Counted from the first letter of the stretch, positions 1 to 10,058 are shown. The stretch is 62,997 nucleotides of DNA from Promethearchaeota archaeon (GCA_048941265.1 JBHLNT010000009.1:1-62997); one strand, 5' to 3'. Notes: generated from the sequence alone by a model not told the origin. A program made the numbers and translations.

Positions 1-600
1 TGAATGTCTATAAACATTTCCCCCCGATTGACTTATAACAGCGACAGGGCCACTGATTAACGGATCCCTATGCGTAAATGCGATACGGCGTTTAGGATTA
101 TAGATCCCCATACAGTTGGGACCCAGTATCCTTATATGGTTCTTTTTTGCCTTCTCTAAAAGTTGTTGTTCAAGTTGTTTTCCCCCTTCTCCAAGTTCTG
201 AATATCCGCTGGAAAATATATGGGCAAAGAGGACACCCTTTTGACCTAATTCCTCAACTATTTGTGGTGTAGCTTTAGCGGGAACAGCTACTATTCCAAG
301 GTCGATTGGGGGATCATCAGGTAAAGAAGAGATTGATCCAAATACTCTATATCCATGAATTTCTACTCCATCATATTTGGCATTAACTGGATACACAGTC
401 CCCGGATATTCATATTCTTTAAAAGTTTCTAGATAATGAGTTCCACCCCATTCTTTTTCGGGACTTACACCAACAACAATCACAGCGCGAGGATTGAATA
501 ATGAATCAAAGGGTATATTATCTCTTTGAAGAGGAATATTATTTTTTCGAATTTCTTCCCTTGAGCTAAAGTCGGAATTTTTGCCTATAAATGCCGTAAT
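1..600 (-). CDS. ADP-forming acyl-CoA/acetate-CoA ligase, CoA-binding N-terminal part (runs off the window edge; probable non-canonical start)
   Basis: Manual translation gives FDSLFNPRAVIVVG, VYPVN, DLGIVAVP, IFSSGYSE, RILGPNCMG, AVISQSGG. Frame is open from 606 to 1 after TGA at 609-607; GGTGA SD is followed by ATT at 600; there is no ATG/TTG/GTG before the conserved LFNP motif. Confidence 0.85.
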   Translation of the reverse strand, partial: MTAFIGKNSDFSSREEIRKNNIPLQRDNIPFDSLFNPRAVIVVGVSPEKEWGGTHYLETFKEYEYPGTVYPVNAKYDGVEIHGYRVFGSISSLPDDPPIDLGIVAVPAKATPQIVEELGQKGVLFAHIFSSGYSELGEGGKQLEQQLLEKAKKNHIRILGPNCMGIYNPKRRIAFTHRDPLISGPVAVISQSGGNVYRHS

Positions 601-740
601 TTTTAATCACCAATAATTAAGAACCCTAATTTATATCTGGCTAAATTAATGGGAAGTAAAAAATTTTATTAAGAAAATGAGTTATTTAAGATTAATATAA
701 AAAAAAATTAGATATAGATTAAAAAATCTCTCTTTTGGGA

Positions 741-1790
741 TTACTTTACTAATGAAGCGCCGTTTTTTAAACGTTTTTCGGCATCCGATACTATTGAATT
801 AATAATATCAGATACGCTTTCAATGCTATTCATAATACCAATGCTCTGTCCTAAAAGTACAGCTCCGTCCTTGATATTACCTTGATATGCCAACTCATAT
901 TTTTTTCCGTCTTCTATCAGTTCTTCAACAGATACTCCTTGTTCTTCGGCCATTTTTTCTTCCTTATTGGCGACTAGACCGTGATGCAAGGAATATTCAT
1001 TTTTCCAGAGTCTTATTGGACCTAAGGCTCCAGTGACTAATACAGTGTCCTGGGCATGAGCAGGTGGAACCACATTTTTGTATGTTTCATGAAATTCACT
1101 TTCTTTTGATGCAATAAACCGAGAACCCATAGCAATTGCTCCAGCTCCCATTGTTAACGCAGCTGCAAGTCCCTGACCTGTGGCAAATCCTCCACAAGCA
1201 ATTATGGGGAAGTCTGGATATTTTTGTGTAACTTGTTGCAGTAATACTAAAGTACTAACTTTTTCATAAGATTGATGACCACCGCCTTCACCTCCCGTTA
1301 TTACCATTCCATCGACTCCTGTAGCAACACATTTATCTGCTAACCAAAGGGCTGGTGCGACGTGAAAATGTTTAATTTGAGATCCACTTTCCCTTAATTT
1401 TCGAAATTTACTGGTATATATTGATTTCGAAGAGCCCGCGCTAGTTATAGCATATACGCATTGTTCTTTTAATTTTGGATTACTCATTATGAATTCAGGA
1501 ATTCTTTTACAAAGGGCTGGAGCCTCACGTTCGTTGCGTGAAGTTCTAATATTGAAGCCAAAGGGTTTGTCGGTATGTTCAACAACTTTCAACATATCTC
1601 GTTTCATGATCTCTACAGCACTTCTTCCGGCTAAGATTTCGCTTACTAAAGCCGTATGGCTTATGACTCCACAACCACCAGCTTCAGAAACAGCAATCGC
1701 TAAATCGGTAGTGTAAAACGGGCCCATTGGTGCGGCAACTATGGGATGTTTAATCCCCAACATTTTGGTAATTTTTGTTTCTATAACCAT
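741..1790 (-). CDS. Nitronate monooxygenase / FabK-like FMN-dependent oxidoreductase
   Basis: ITKMLGIKHPIVAAPM, GGEGGGH, IIACGG, MGSRF, GQSIG motifs; paralogue of 39006-40040. Confidence 0.9.
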   Translation of the reverse strand: MVIETKITKMLGIKHPIVAAPMGPFYTTDLAIAVSEAGGCGVISHTALVSEILAGRSAVEIMKRDMLKVVEHTDKPFGFNIRTSRNEREAPALCKRIPEFIMSNPKLKEQCVYAITSAGSSKSIYTSKFRKLRESGSQIKHFHVAPALWLADKCVATGVDGMVITGGEGGGHQSYEKVSTLVLLQQVTQKYPDFPIIACGGFATGQGLAAALTMGAGAIAMGSRFIASKESEFHETYKNVVPPAHAQDTVLVTGALGPIRLWKNEYSLHHGLVANKEEKMAEEQGVSVEELIEDGKKYELAYQGNIKDGAVLLGQSIGIMNSIESVSDIINSIVSDAEKRLKNGASLVK

Positions 1791-1835
1791 TTTTAATCAT
1801 ATTTTATTGATTTTTTTTTTTTTTTGATTGAAATA

Positions 1836-1856
1836 TTGATCACAATTAATGATCAA
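1836..1856. promoter_or_regulatory. Palindrome TTGATCA-N7-TGATCAA upstream of the nitronate monooxygenase-family gene; possible operator
   Basis: Perfect 7-bp inverted repeat 46-66 nt upstream of the start codon at 1790. Confidence 0.35.
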
Positions 1857-2019
1857 CATTAATACCAAAGATAATGCTATTAATTAAAGTTTATTAATAA
1901 ATTATCCCTATTTTTTTAGCTTTAATATGAGTTTTACTCTCGCAATGTTCAGCGAATAGAAAAATTTTAATAAAGAGAAAAAAAAGTTATAATAAATTTA
2001 TAACGTATTTAAAGCAAGT

Positions 2020-3186
2020 TTATTTCATATCGACCCATTTGGCAGACTTTAGGAGTTCGCAAGGTTCAAAATATTTCTTACCGGTCATCTCTACAAGCTC
2101 ATTTAACACTTCAACTTGTTTTTCTGAATTGTTAACATTTGGAGCCATTGGGCCCGGCATATTCATCCCTGCCATTAAAGCATCATCACAAACCTTCCAA
2201 CTCGTTGCGATCCCTTCTTCTAAAACTCGACAACCTTCGTTCAGCATTATTGCTATTGGGTATTGAAGTTTAAATAATCGAGCCTTCCCTGCTTTCTTAT
2301 CAGGTGAGGGTCTTCCTTTTGACCAATCATAAAATCCTTTTCCTGTTTTTGCGCCAAGTAAACCTTCGTTAAACATCCTGGCAATGACCTTACCAGGTGC
2401 AAAATCGGGGGAAAGTGTGCTTTCATAATATTTTAAGCCATGATAAATTGTATCAATACCTACAAAATCAGCCAATACACACGTGGGCATTGGACCACCG
2501 GAATCGTTATCGAGTTGTTCCCATGTTTTTCCTTCAGCTTCGGCCTTGTCAAAAATGTAATTTTGATAAATTTGAACGGGGGCCGTGATCCTATTAACGA
2601 TAAATCCTGGTCTATCTTTTAATACCTTGGCAACGTATCTTGGGCCTCTCAGACAAGGTAATTTGCCAGCAAAATCCATAGCGGTATTAACACTACCATC
2701 AGAACTTTTTTCACCGTAAATTACCTCAATGCACCTCATCAAAGGTACAGGATTAAAGAAGTGCATACCAATTACTTTATCTGGTCTATTGGTAGCAGTC
2801 GCCATTTCTGAAATAGACATTGTAGAAGTATTTGAGGCGATTATACAATGGGCGGGAGCATTTTCATCACAAGTTTTAAAGACTTGCTTTTTAATATTCA
2901 TATCCTCAATAACGGCTTCGATGATTATATCTGCATCTTTCACAGCAGCAGGGATATCTATAGAAGTTTTACAATTTGCCATAAAGTCTGCTGCGGATTT
3001 GCCTTTTAAAGCTCCTTTTGCTTCAAGTTTTTTCATTCCTTCATCTATACTTGCATAACTTTTGTTAACATACTCATCCTTGACATCAACCATCGTGGCG
3101 TTAAATCCAGCCATCAATGCAACCTGACCTATGCCAGTGCCCATTTGACCTGCTCCAACTACCACTAAATTCTTGATTTCAACCAT
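2020..3186 (-). CDS. 3-hydroxyacyl-CoA dehydrogenase (long form with extra C-terminal domain)
   Basis: GAGQMG Rossmann motif, IIEAVIE, ASNTS, GMHFFNP...IEV His-Glu dyad, PGFIVNR, GAKTGKGFY. Confidence 0.93.
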   Translation of the reverse strand: MVEIKNLVVVGAGQMGTGIGQVALMAGFNATMVDVKDEYVNKSYASIDEGMKKLEAKGALKGKSAADFMANCKTSIDIPAAVKDADIIIEAVIEDMNIKKQVFKTCDENAPAHCIIASNTSTMSISEMATATNRPDKVIGMHFFNPVPLMRCIEVIYGEKSSDGSVNTAMDFAGKLPCLRGPRYVAKVLKDRPGFIVNRITAPVQIYQNYIFDKAEAEGKTWEQLDNDSGGPMPTCVLADFVGIDTIYHGLKYYESTLSPDFAPGKVIARMFNEGLLGAKTGKGFYDWSKGRPSPDKKAGKARLFKLQYPIAIMLNEGCRVLEEGIATSWKVCDDALMAGMNMPGPMAPNVNNSEKQVEVLNELVEMTGKKYFEPCELLKSAKWVDMK

Positions 3187-3440
3187 TTTATTTCATCCTT
3201 TTTTATATTATTTTATTAAATTAGAGTTGATAAGATCATTAATATTACTGCTAATTAAAATCTTTAACAATTTCATTTTATTGCTATTGATAAGCAAAAA
3301 TGGAATCTTTTTTTTCCCTATTTTGTTAGTTTTTTAAAGCAGAAATCCAATTAAAACTATACATTATATATAGGTTAACAAAACATGTTAATATGCAAAT
3401 TGAATTTTTATTTTTGATTAAAAAATGGAGATTATTAAAA

Positions 3441-4544
3441 ATGCCAATGTTAGGTCATGTAGTTTATGGGTTATGCCTTCTTATACCAATAATGTATTAT
3501 ACAAAGGATAAATTCAATTATAAAGTAGCTTTTATTTTTCTTGCGAACAATATATATGGTCCAGATGTAGTATATCTATTCTTCATTACACCATTTCATA
3601 GTATATTAGGCTATGCCATACTAGCTATTCCCTTATCTTTAGTGTATTCATATAGTTCTCGTTTTTCTTTAAAGAAATCTGAAGGAAAATTTCCTTTAAA
3701 ATTCATAGATGAGGAGATTAGAGAAGTAGATTGGAAAAATGCTTACTATTTATCTGTAGCTGGTGGAATTTCCCACTTTTTTATTGATCAATTTTATCAT
3801 TTCGAAAAGGAAATGTGGATTTGGCCTGGTATAGCTATTCATCATGATGAAATGCTAGCATGGGGGGGTCCGCTTTATCATGTTGTTGATCCTTTGTACT
3901 TAATTGGTGAACAAGTTTGTGTAATTGCTATCATATTGTCGATTTATTACTTTAGTAAAGGTTCGAAAGCAACTTTTAAGGCACTAATAACGTTAATCGC
4001 AATATCAGTATTTCTAATGCTAGCAATTTCAACAGCTGTCTTTATGGGAGAACGAGAATTTGGAGTAATTGTACATAGCATTGTTTATGTATTGATTCCT
4101 CTCTTTTTACTCATGTATGCTGCTCGCGAAGTAAGAGATAATAAACGAGAAACTCCTGATGTACCAAAAATCAAGAGAAGCTCTCTAATAAATATTGTTG
4201 CGATGATTTCAATAATTGTGGCGCTTTTCTTGCTTGCTTATGTTTATATAGCTATTTCAGAGAGAGAGTACCTTGCTTCTTACATTGCCGAAGATATGCC
4301 ATACTACCATCAGAATCCTAGTGATATAGCTGCTTCAATTGTAATTATAGGATATATTTATGGCACAGTAGCATTAATCTTACTTATTGGCTCAATAGGT
4401 CTTTTCTTTAAAATTAATTTCTGTCGTTATCTTGTTATTGCTGCTTCATTATACTTTTTTATATTTGGATTTCCTTTAGCTATCGCTCTATTCTTATGTG
4501 AAAAAGATATAAAAGAAATGTTTGGAAAGGGCACAGAAGTTTAA
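3441..4544 (+). CDS. Polytopic membrane protein with YdjM-like metal-dependent hydrolase motifs
   Basis: N-terminal GH, GPD, FHS, SHFFID motifs and many TM segments. Start moved to ATG 3441 behind a GGAG SD, matching the paralogue N-terminus. Confidence 0.65.
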   Translation: MPMLGHVVYGLCLLIPIMYYTKDKFNYKVAFIFLANNIYGPDVVYLFFITPFHSILGYAILAIPLSLVYSYSSRFSLKKSEGKFPLKFIDEEIREVDWKNAYYLSVAGGISHFFIDQFYHFEKEMWIWPGIAIHHDEMLAWGGPLYHVVDPLYLIGEQVCVIAIILSIYYFSKGSKATFKALITLIAISVFLMLAISTAVFMGEREFGVIVHSIVYVLIPLFLLMYAAREVRDNKRETPDVPKIKRSSLINIVAMISIIVALFLLAYVYIAISEREYLASYIAEDMPYYHQNPSDIAASIVIIGYIYGTVALILLIGSIGLFFKINFCRYLVIAASLYFFIFGFPLAIALFLCEKDIKEMFGKGTEV

Positions 4545-4754
4545 TTTCAAATCTTATTTTTCTTTTTTTTAATTCTTATATAAAGGATAATGATTTAAAT
4601 TCTGAATTTAAGTTTATTTATTTTTCTAAATCATTTTTTTAATAGTAATTAATAGGAAATCAATAGGACATCTATATATTTTTAACATGGTTCATTTAGG
4701 AATCTATATTTGTAAATCAAATATCATATCAATTATAAGATCGTGAACATAGAA

Positions 4755-5849
4755 ATGCCTACTTTTGGACATGTATTTTACGGATTATGTCTGCTTATAC
4801 CAATCCTTTATTATTCGAAGAATAAATTCAGCTATAAGATCGCTTTTATTTTTCTCGCAAACAATATATTCGGTCCGGACATATTACATTATTTTTTTTA
4901 TATTCCATATTTTCACAATATTCTCGGATACGCTATACTTGCCATTCCGCTTTCATTGGTCTATTCATATAGCTCCCGCTTTACATTAGTGGAATCTGAT
5001 GGTCTATTTCCATTAAAGTTTGTAGATGAGGAAATTAGAGAGGTCAACTGGAAGAATGCGTATCTAGTTTCGGTGGCAGGTGGTATTTCTCACTTTTTTA
5101 TTGATCAGTTTTATCATTTCGAAAAAAAGATGTATATTTGGTATGGAATAGACCTCACACATGATGAAATGCTAGCATGGGGTGGTTATGCATATCACGT
5201 CATAGACCCCTTAATGATCTTAGGAGTGATGATCGTCGTTGCTGCAATTTTACTTTCTATGTATTATTTCAAAAAGGGCTATAAAGAAACGTTCAAATTT
5301 TTTTTAGTTTTTACAGTTCTTTCAGTTTTTTTAATGCTTGTAGTTTCAACGGCTGTATATGGTGGTGAACGCGAATTTGGAGTAATGGTTCATGGGACAG
5401 TGTATGTTTTAATCCCACTCTTTTTGCTCATGTATGCTGCTCGTGATGTACAAGATAATCCCAGAACAACTCCAGATGTGCCTAAAATTAAAAGAGAGAC
5501 TCTTATATATATCGTATCCATTATTTCTATAGTAGTAGCAATATTTCTTCTCTTTTTTGTATATTATGTTATAACCAATGCAGATTATCTAGGGCAACAA
5601 AGAGCAAAAAATAGTCAACAGAGTGCCTCTGAAATTTCCGCATCATTGACGATTATTGCTCTCATAGCGGCTCCAATTGTGTTAATATTGCTAATAGGAT
5701 CCATAGGATTGCTATTTAAAATTAAATTCTGCAGGTATCTTGCTATTGCTGCTTCCTGTGCCTTGTTCATATTTGGTTTTCCAGTTGCTATTGCGTTCTT
5801 CTTATGTGAAAAGGATGTAAAAACCTTATTTGGCAAAGAATTGGAGTAA
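4755..5849 (+). CDS. Polytopic membrane protein, tandem paralogue of 3441-4544 (YdjM-like)
   Basis: Collinear high similarity with the upstream gene (MPTFGHVFYGLCLLIP, GPD, FHN, SHFFIDQFYHFEK). Confidence 0.65.
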   Translation: MPTFGHVFYGLCLLIPILYYSKNKFSYKIAFIFLANNIFGPDILHYFFYIPYFHNILGYAILAIPLSLVYSYSSRFTLVESDGLFPLKFVDEEIREVNWKNAYLVSVAGGISHFFIDQFYHFEKKMYIWYGIDLTHDEMLAWGGYAYHVIDPLMILGVMIVVAAILLSMYYFKKGYKETFKFFLVFTVLSVFLMLVVSTAVYGGEREFGVMVHGTVYVLIPLFLLMYAARDVQDNPRTTPDVPKIKRETLIYIVSIISIVVAIFLLFFVYYVITNADYLGQQRAKNSQQSASEISASLTIIALIAAPIVLILLIGSIGLLFKIKFCRYLAIAASCALFIFGFPVAIAFFLCEKDVKTLFGKELE

Positions 5850-5947
5850 TTTAAAAATTAATTCTTTTTTTATTTTTTATTAACTCAATATCTAAAATGA
5901 ATAAAAAAAAGAGATTATCAAGTGAAATTACAAAGCAATAATTTCTT

Positions 5948-6862
5948 CTATGATTTTAATCCTAACAGTTCTTTGGCTTCATCTACGGTAGCGGGCTCTC
6001 TTCCAAGTTCTTTAGCCAGTCTCACCATCCGAGCTACAAGTTGAGCATTACTTTGAACGAGCTCGCCTTTTCTATAGTGAAGTGTGTCTTCTAATCCAGT
6101 TCTAATATTACCGCCCATACACATGGCAATAGTGGTAAGAGTAAGATTATATCTGCCCACAGTAACGACTTGCCACATAGAACCTTCGGGAAACTGATCA
6201 ACTAGATGGGTCAAATTACTTACTGTTGCGGGGGCTCCTCCATTGATTCCTAAAACCAGGCTAAAATGTAGGGGAGGCTTTAATGAGCTTACATCTACAA
6301 GATCAAAAATATTATTAATATGACCTGAGTCATATACTTCAATTTCAATCCCACAACCTCGCTTATAACATCTATTAACAAATTTTCTATTGAAATCCAT
6401 AGGATTGTCGAATAAATGACTTCCATAACGTGTTCGGAATTCAAATGTTCCGGCGTTTATTGTATACATATCTGGTACTGGTTTGATATTGAGAAGATTT
6501 AATCTCTCTTCCAAAGTTGCCATTCGGATTGATGTGCCATATTTTTTACCTTTACTACTCACTTTTGTACCCCACTCAACCCAAGCCCCTATACCATTTC
6601 CTATTTGTGTTATAATAGGAGATTTTTCCTTAATTAGAGTAACGGCTTTATTATAAACCTTTAAATCAGGAGTATTTTGGCCATCCTCTCCACGAACATG
6701 AAGGTGACAAATCGCGGCTCCCGCATTATAACATTCCAAGGCATCTTGAGCTTGTTCTTCTGGAGTAATTGGTACTGCAGGATTCGCCCACTTTCCTTGG
6801 ATACCACCAGTGATAGCAGCAGTAATAATTATTTTCTCATCTAAGAGAAGATTTGGTTTCAA
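5948..6862 (-). CDS. Beta-keto acid cleavage enzyme (BKACE/DUF849, 3-keto-5-aminohexanoate cleavage family), uninterrupted copy
   Basis: IIITAAITG, NPAVPITPEE, CHLHVR (Zn-binding HxH), IEVYD, RTGLED, GREPAT; TTG start. Confidence 0.93.
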   Translation of the reverse strand: MKPNLLLDEKIIITAAITGGIQGKWANPAVPITPEEQAQDALECYNAGAAICHLHVRGEDGQNTPDLKVYNKAVTLIKEKSPIITQIGNGIGAWVEWGTKVSSKGKKYGTSIRMATLEERLNLLNIKPVPDMYTINAGTFEFRTRYGSHLFDNPMDFNRKFVNRCYKRGCGIEIEVYDSGHINNIFDLVDVSSLKPPLHFSLVLGINGGAPATVSNLTHLVDQFPEGSMWQVVTVGRYNLTLTTIAMCMGGNIRTGLEDTLHYRKGELVQSNAQLVARMVRLAKELGREPATVDEAKELLGLKS

Positions 6863-7023
6863 TTCTTTTTAACCTATTAACCTCTAAAATTTAAGATATT
6901 TTAATTGGAATTTAGAGATGAATTTATTTATAGTTTATGTTAAAATAGAAATGGATTAATTTTTCTATAAATTACTTATAATATTTCATTTTGAGATTGA
7001 AAATGAGGTAAAATATTGAAAAA

Positions 7024-7965
7024 ATGGCAGATGTAAATTACATTTTCCTTTTATCATTAACAATAATAGTGATTGGTTATATTGTAAAGAAATTAAAAAT
7101 AATAACAGCAGAAAACGGGAAAGTGATTGCCAAAATTATATTTAACATTACACTGCCAGCAGTTATTCTAAAAGTAACAAGTAGAGTTGAATTTAACCCT
7201 TCTCTGATCTTATTGCCTTTAGTTAATATAATTTTTGGTTTTTTAATGGCTATAATCGGTCTAATCCTATTTAGGAAAACTCAGAGAGAGAAAAAAGGTC
7301 TCATTTTAATGGCATTAATAGGATTTAATGTAGCTCATTTTTCTTTCCCTTTAATTGAAGGAATATGGGGGGAGAAAGGAATGCAATATATCGCTTTTAT
7401 CGATGCAGGAAATGCTTTTACCATATTTGTACTCTGTTATATTGTTGGTTCCATCTTCGCACCGAATAGCAAAAGCGAAGATTTAAGTGTTAAATTTAAA
7501 GATACAGGGAGACGTTTATTGAAATCTGCTCCTTTAATGAGTTATTTTTTTGCACTTTTCATAAACTTTTCAGGTATTGGAGAGAGTATGCCGATTTTTT
7601 TCTGGGATTTATTGGATATTATTGCAAGAGCTAATACTGCATTATCTTTACTTTTATTAGGCATTTATTTAAACCTTAAATTCGAAAGAACAGAATGGGC
7701 TACAATTTTAAAAGTTCTAATAACTCGCTATTCCTTGGGTTTAGTTGTTGGTCTATTATTGTTCTTTTTCCTACCACCTGATCAATTCGATTTACTTTTT
7801 CGAATAATATTAACGATTTCCCTAATTTTTCCGATAGGATTAGCTGTTATCCCTTTCTCAGTAGAATTTGAGTATGATCTAAAGCTTATTAGTATGATAG
7901 CCAATTTAACGATAATTATCAGCTTTGCATTAGTATGGATTTTAATTATTATTCTAACTGGATAA
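7024..7965 (+). CDS. AEC (auxin efflux carrier) family transporter
   Basis: IFNITLPA, FNVAHFSFP..EGIWG, ALSLLLLG motifs; about 10 TM segments. Confidence 0.85.
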   Translation: MADVNYIFLLSLTIIVIGYIVKKLKIITAENGKVIAKIIFNITLPAVILKVTSRVEFNPSLILLPLVNIIFGFLMAIIGLILFRKTQREKKGLILMALIGFNVAHFSFPLIEGIWGEKGMQYIAFIDAGNAFTIFVLCYIVGSIFAPNSKSEDLSVKFKDTGRRLLKSAPLMSYFFALFINFSGIGESMPIFFWDLLDIIARANTALSLLLLGIYLNLKFERTEWATILKVLITRYSLGLVVGLLLFFFLPPDQFDLLFRIILTISLIFPIGLAVIPFSVEFEYDLKLISMIANLTIIISFALVWILIIILTG

Positions 7966-8144
7966 CTTTTAAAATAGTAAAAATCAGTCTCCGTAAAGAA
8001 ACATTTGATCTCAACATTGTTAAGGATCCAGTTCATTTCTGGGATTTAAGTGCTAAAAAGTATATAACTCTAACAGAAGAACTACATCAAAATATAAAAG
8101 AAGGAAAATATGGTGAATTAAGGAATATAGTAGCACCAATGTAG
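7965..8144 (+). pseudogene. 3' remnant of a FATP/very-long-chain acyl-CoA synthetase gene
   Basis: TFKIVKISLRKETFDLNIVKDPVHFWDLSAKKYITLTEELHQNIKEGKY resembles the FATP-type C-terminus (TFKxxKxxLxxEGFDPxxxxDPL); begins directly at the AEC stop codon with no 5' part. Confidence 0.6.
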
Positions 8145-8212
8145 TTTTATTTTTTTTATTATATTTTTATTTATTCTTTAAGTTAATGAACTTAATTGTG
8201 GCAATATTAAAA

Positions 8213-9034
8213 TTAATATTCATAAAAACCTTTCCCGGACTTTCTTCCTAGTTCTCCCCTATCCACCATATCTTTAAGAGCTTGAGGTGGTTTATCATTA
8301 GGATCTCCACTCTCGTTAAAGTATGACATTTCTATATCATAAACAACATCTAAACCTACCATATCCATAAGGCTAAATGGTCCTACTCCCATACCAGTAT
8401 AAATTTTCCAAGCTTTATCAACAATTTCAATTTCAGCGTTACCTCCTGCCCAAATCTTTAGGCATTCTTTTTTGATAGCTCTCCATATTCTATTGAACAC
8501 AAATCCTAAACACTCTTTTTTCACTTCTAATGGAGTAAGCTCAAGGGATTCAATCCAATTTTTACCCTTTTTGAAAGTATCCTCACTAGTTTCTGATCCC
8601 CGCATGATATCTACCATTGGTGTTATTGTTGGATGATAAAAATGAATATTTAATACTTTATCCTTACGTTGGACGACGTTTTCTATTCTTGAAACAGGGA
8701 TTGAGGAACTATTCGTGGCAATGATAGCATGTGGTGGGGCAGCTGTGTCAATCTTCGAAAATATTTCTTTTTTTAATTCCAACTTTTCTGGTACAGCCTC
8801 AATAATTAAATCAGCATCAGCCACGGCTTCTGAAAGGGTATTATGAAATGAAACTTCTCCAAATAAATTCTTTCGTTTCTTTTTTCTGGTTAATGATTTC
8901 GCTAATTTTTCAAGCCCTTCAGGATTTATATCATATATACGTACATTATAGTTATATAATGCAGTTTTTTCGGTAATTAATCTACCCAAAAAACCTATAC
9001 CTATAACACTAACATTTTTTATTTCATTAGACAT
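8213..9034 (-). CDS. 3-hydroxyacyl-CoA dehydrogenase family, short divergent form
   Basis: GIGFLG, IIEAVPE, ATNSSS, IHFYHP, GFVFNR, GRKSGKGFY; ATG 9034 behind a GGTGA SD. Confidence 0.88.
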   Translation of the reverse strand: MSNEIKNVSVIGIGFLGRLITEKTALYNYNVRIYDINPEGLEKLAKSLTRKKKRKNLFGEVSFHNTLSEAVADADLIIEAVPEKLELKKEIFSKIDTAAPPHAIIATNSSSIPVSRIENVVQRKDKVLNIHFYHPTITPMVDIMRGSETSEDTFKKGKNWIESLELTPLEVKKECLGFVFNRIWRAIKKECLKIWAGGNAEIEIVDKAWKIYTGMGVGPFSLMDMVGLDVVYDIEMSYFNESGDPNDKPPQALKDMVDRGELGRKSGKGFYEY

Positions 9035-9058
9035 GTTTATATTCACCTTTGGTTTATT

Positions 9059-9937
9059 TTATATAGTGTTATAATTAAGCATAAATTCAAAAAGCTCTTG
9101 ATTTTTTCTCAACATTGCATATTGCTCTTTATTTAGCTTAATTTTCATGAGATCTATAATTTCCTTTATTTTATATTCTTTACTCCCTAATTCAGTTTGA
9201 ATAGTATTCACTATTTCGTTAAGCATTAAGTGATTTATAACTTTTCCTTTATATTTCCGCTTAGAGGATTCACTGGCCAAAAAGAGATATAAGGGAGCAA
9301 TTTTCTCTGGGGAAACCTTTTCAGGGAAATGTTGACCCCATTCTATTAGATCCTCCATCATCTGCGTATGGATTGCTCCTGGCAAAATAACATTAACTTG
9401 AACATTTTGTCTTCCTACCTCATTTTGTAAACATTTTCCCATTGCCATAACTGCGGCTTTAGAAGCAGAATATGCTACTTTATGACTGCTAAAATACACT
9501 GTTCCCTGTGGTGATGATGTTAATATAATATTACCTCCTCCCTGTTCTATTATTGAAGGAAGAATTAGTTTGATCATGGCATAATAGGAAATAAAATTCA
9601 CATTGAATAATTTTACAGCCTTTTCAAGAGGATAATCAACAACGGTGGCGAAATGAGTCATTCCCGCATTATTTACTAAAATATCACATCTTTCAAAAGA
9701 TTCGAAGTATTTATTAACACACTTTTTAACTCCATCAACAGTGGATAAATCGGCTGGAATAGCTTTAGCTTTTACGTTGTAATTTTCAATTTCTTTAACA
9801 GTTTGATTTAACTCATTTTCTGTTCTAGAGGCGACTACTACATTTGCTCCATTTCTCGCAAATTCAAGAGCAACAGCTCTTCCAATCCCTCTTCCACCGC
9901 CAGTTATCAACGCTTTTTTCCCTTCTAAAAGTTTCAT
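9059..9937 (-). CDS. Short-chain dehydrogenase/reductase with C-terminal extension
   Basis: TGGGRGIG, NNAG, YSASK. Confidence 0.9.
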   Translation of the reverse strand: MKLLEGKKALITGGGRGIGRAVALEFARNGANVVVASRTENELNQTVKEIENYNVKAKAIPADLSTVDGVKKCVNKYFESFERCDILVNNAGMTHFATVVDYPLEKAVKLFNVNFISYYAMIKLILPSIIEQGGGNIILTSSPQGTVYFSSHKVAYSASKAAVMAMGKCLQNEVGRQNVQVNVILPGAIHTQMMEDLIEWGQHFPEKVSPEKIAPLYLFLASESSKRKYKGKVINHLMLNEIVNTIQTELGSKEYKIKEIIDLMKIKLNKEQYAMLRKNQELFEFMLNYNTI

Positions 9938-10058
9938 ATTTTCTCTCTCTCCAATTAATTTGGATTTATAAATTTTTATTAAATTATTATTATTTAAGAT
10001 TGGAATTCATGATTTTATTTTTTCTTAAAATCAAAAAATTAAAAAAAAAAAAGAAAAC

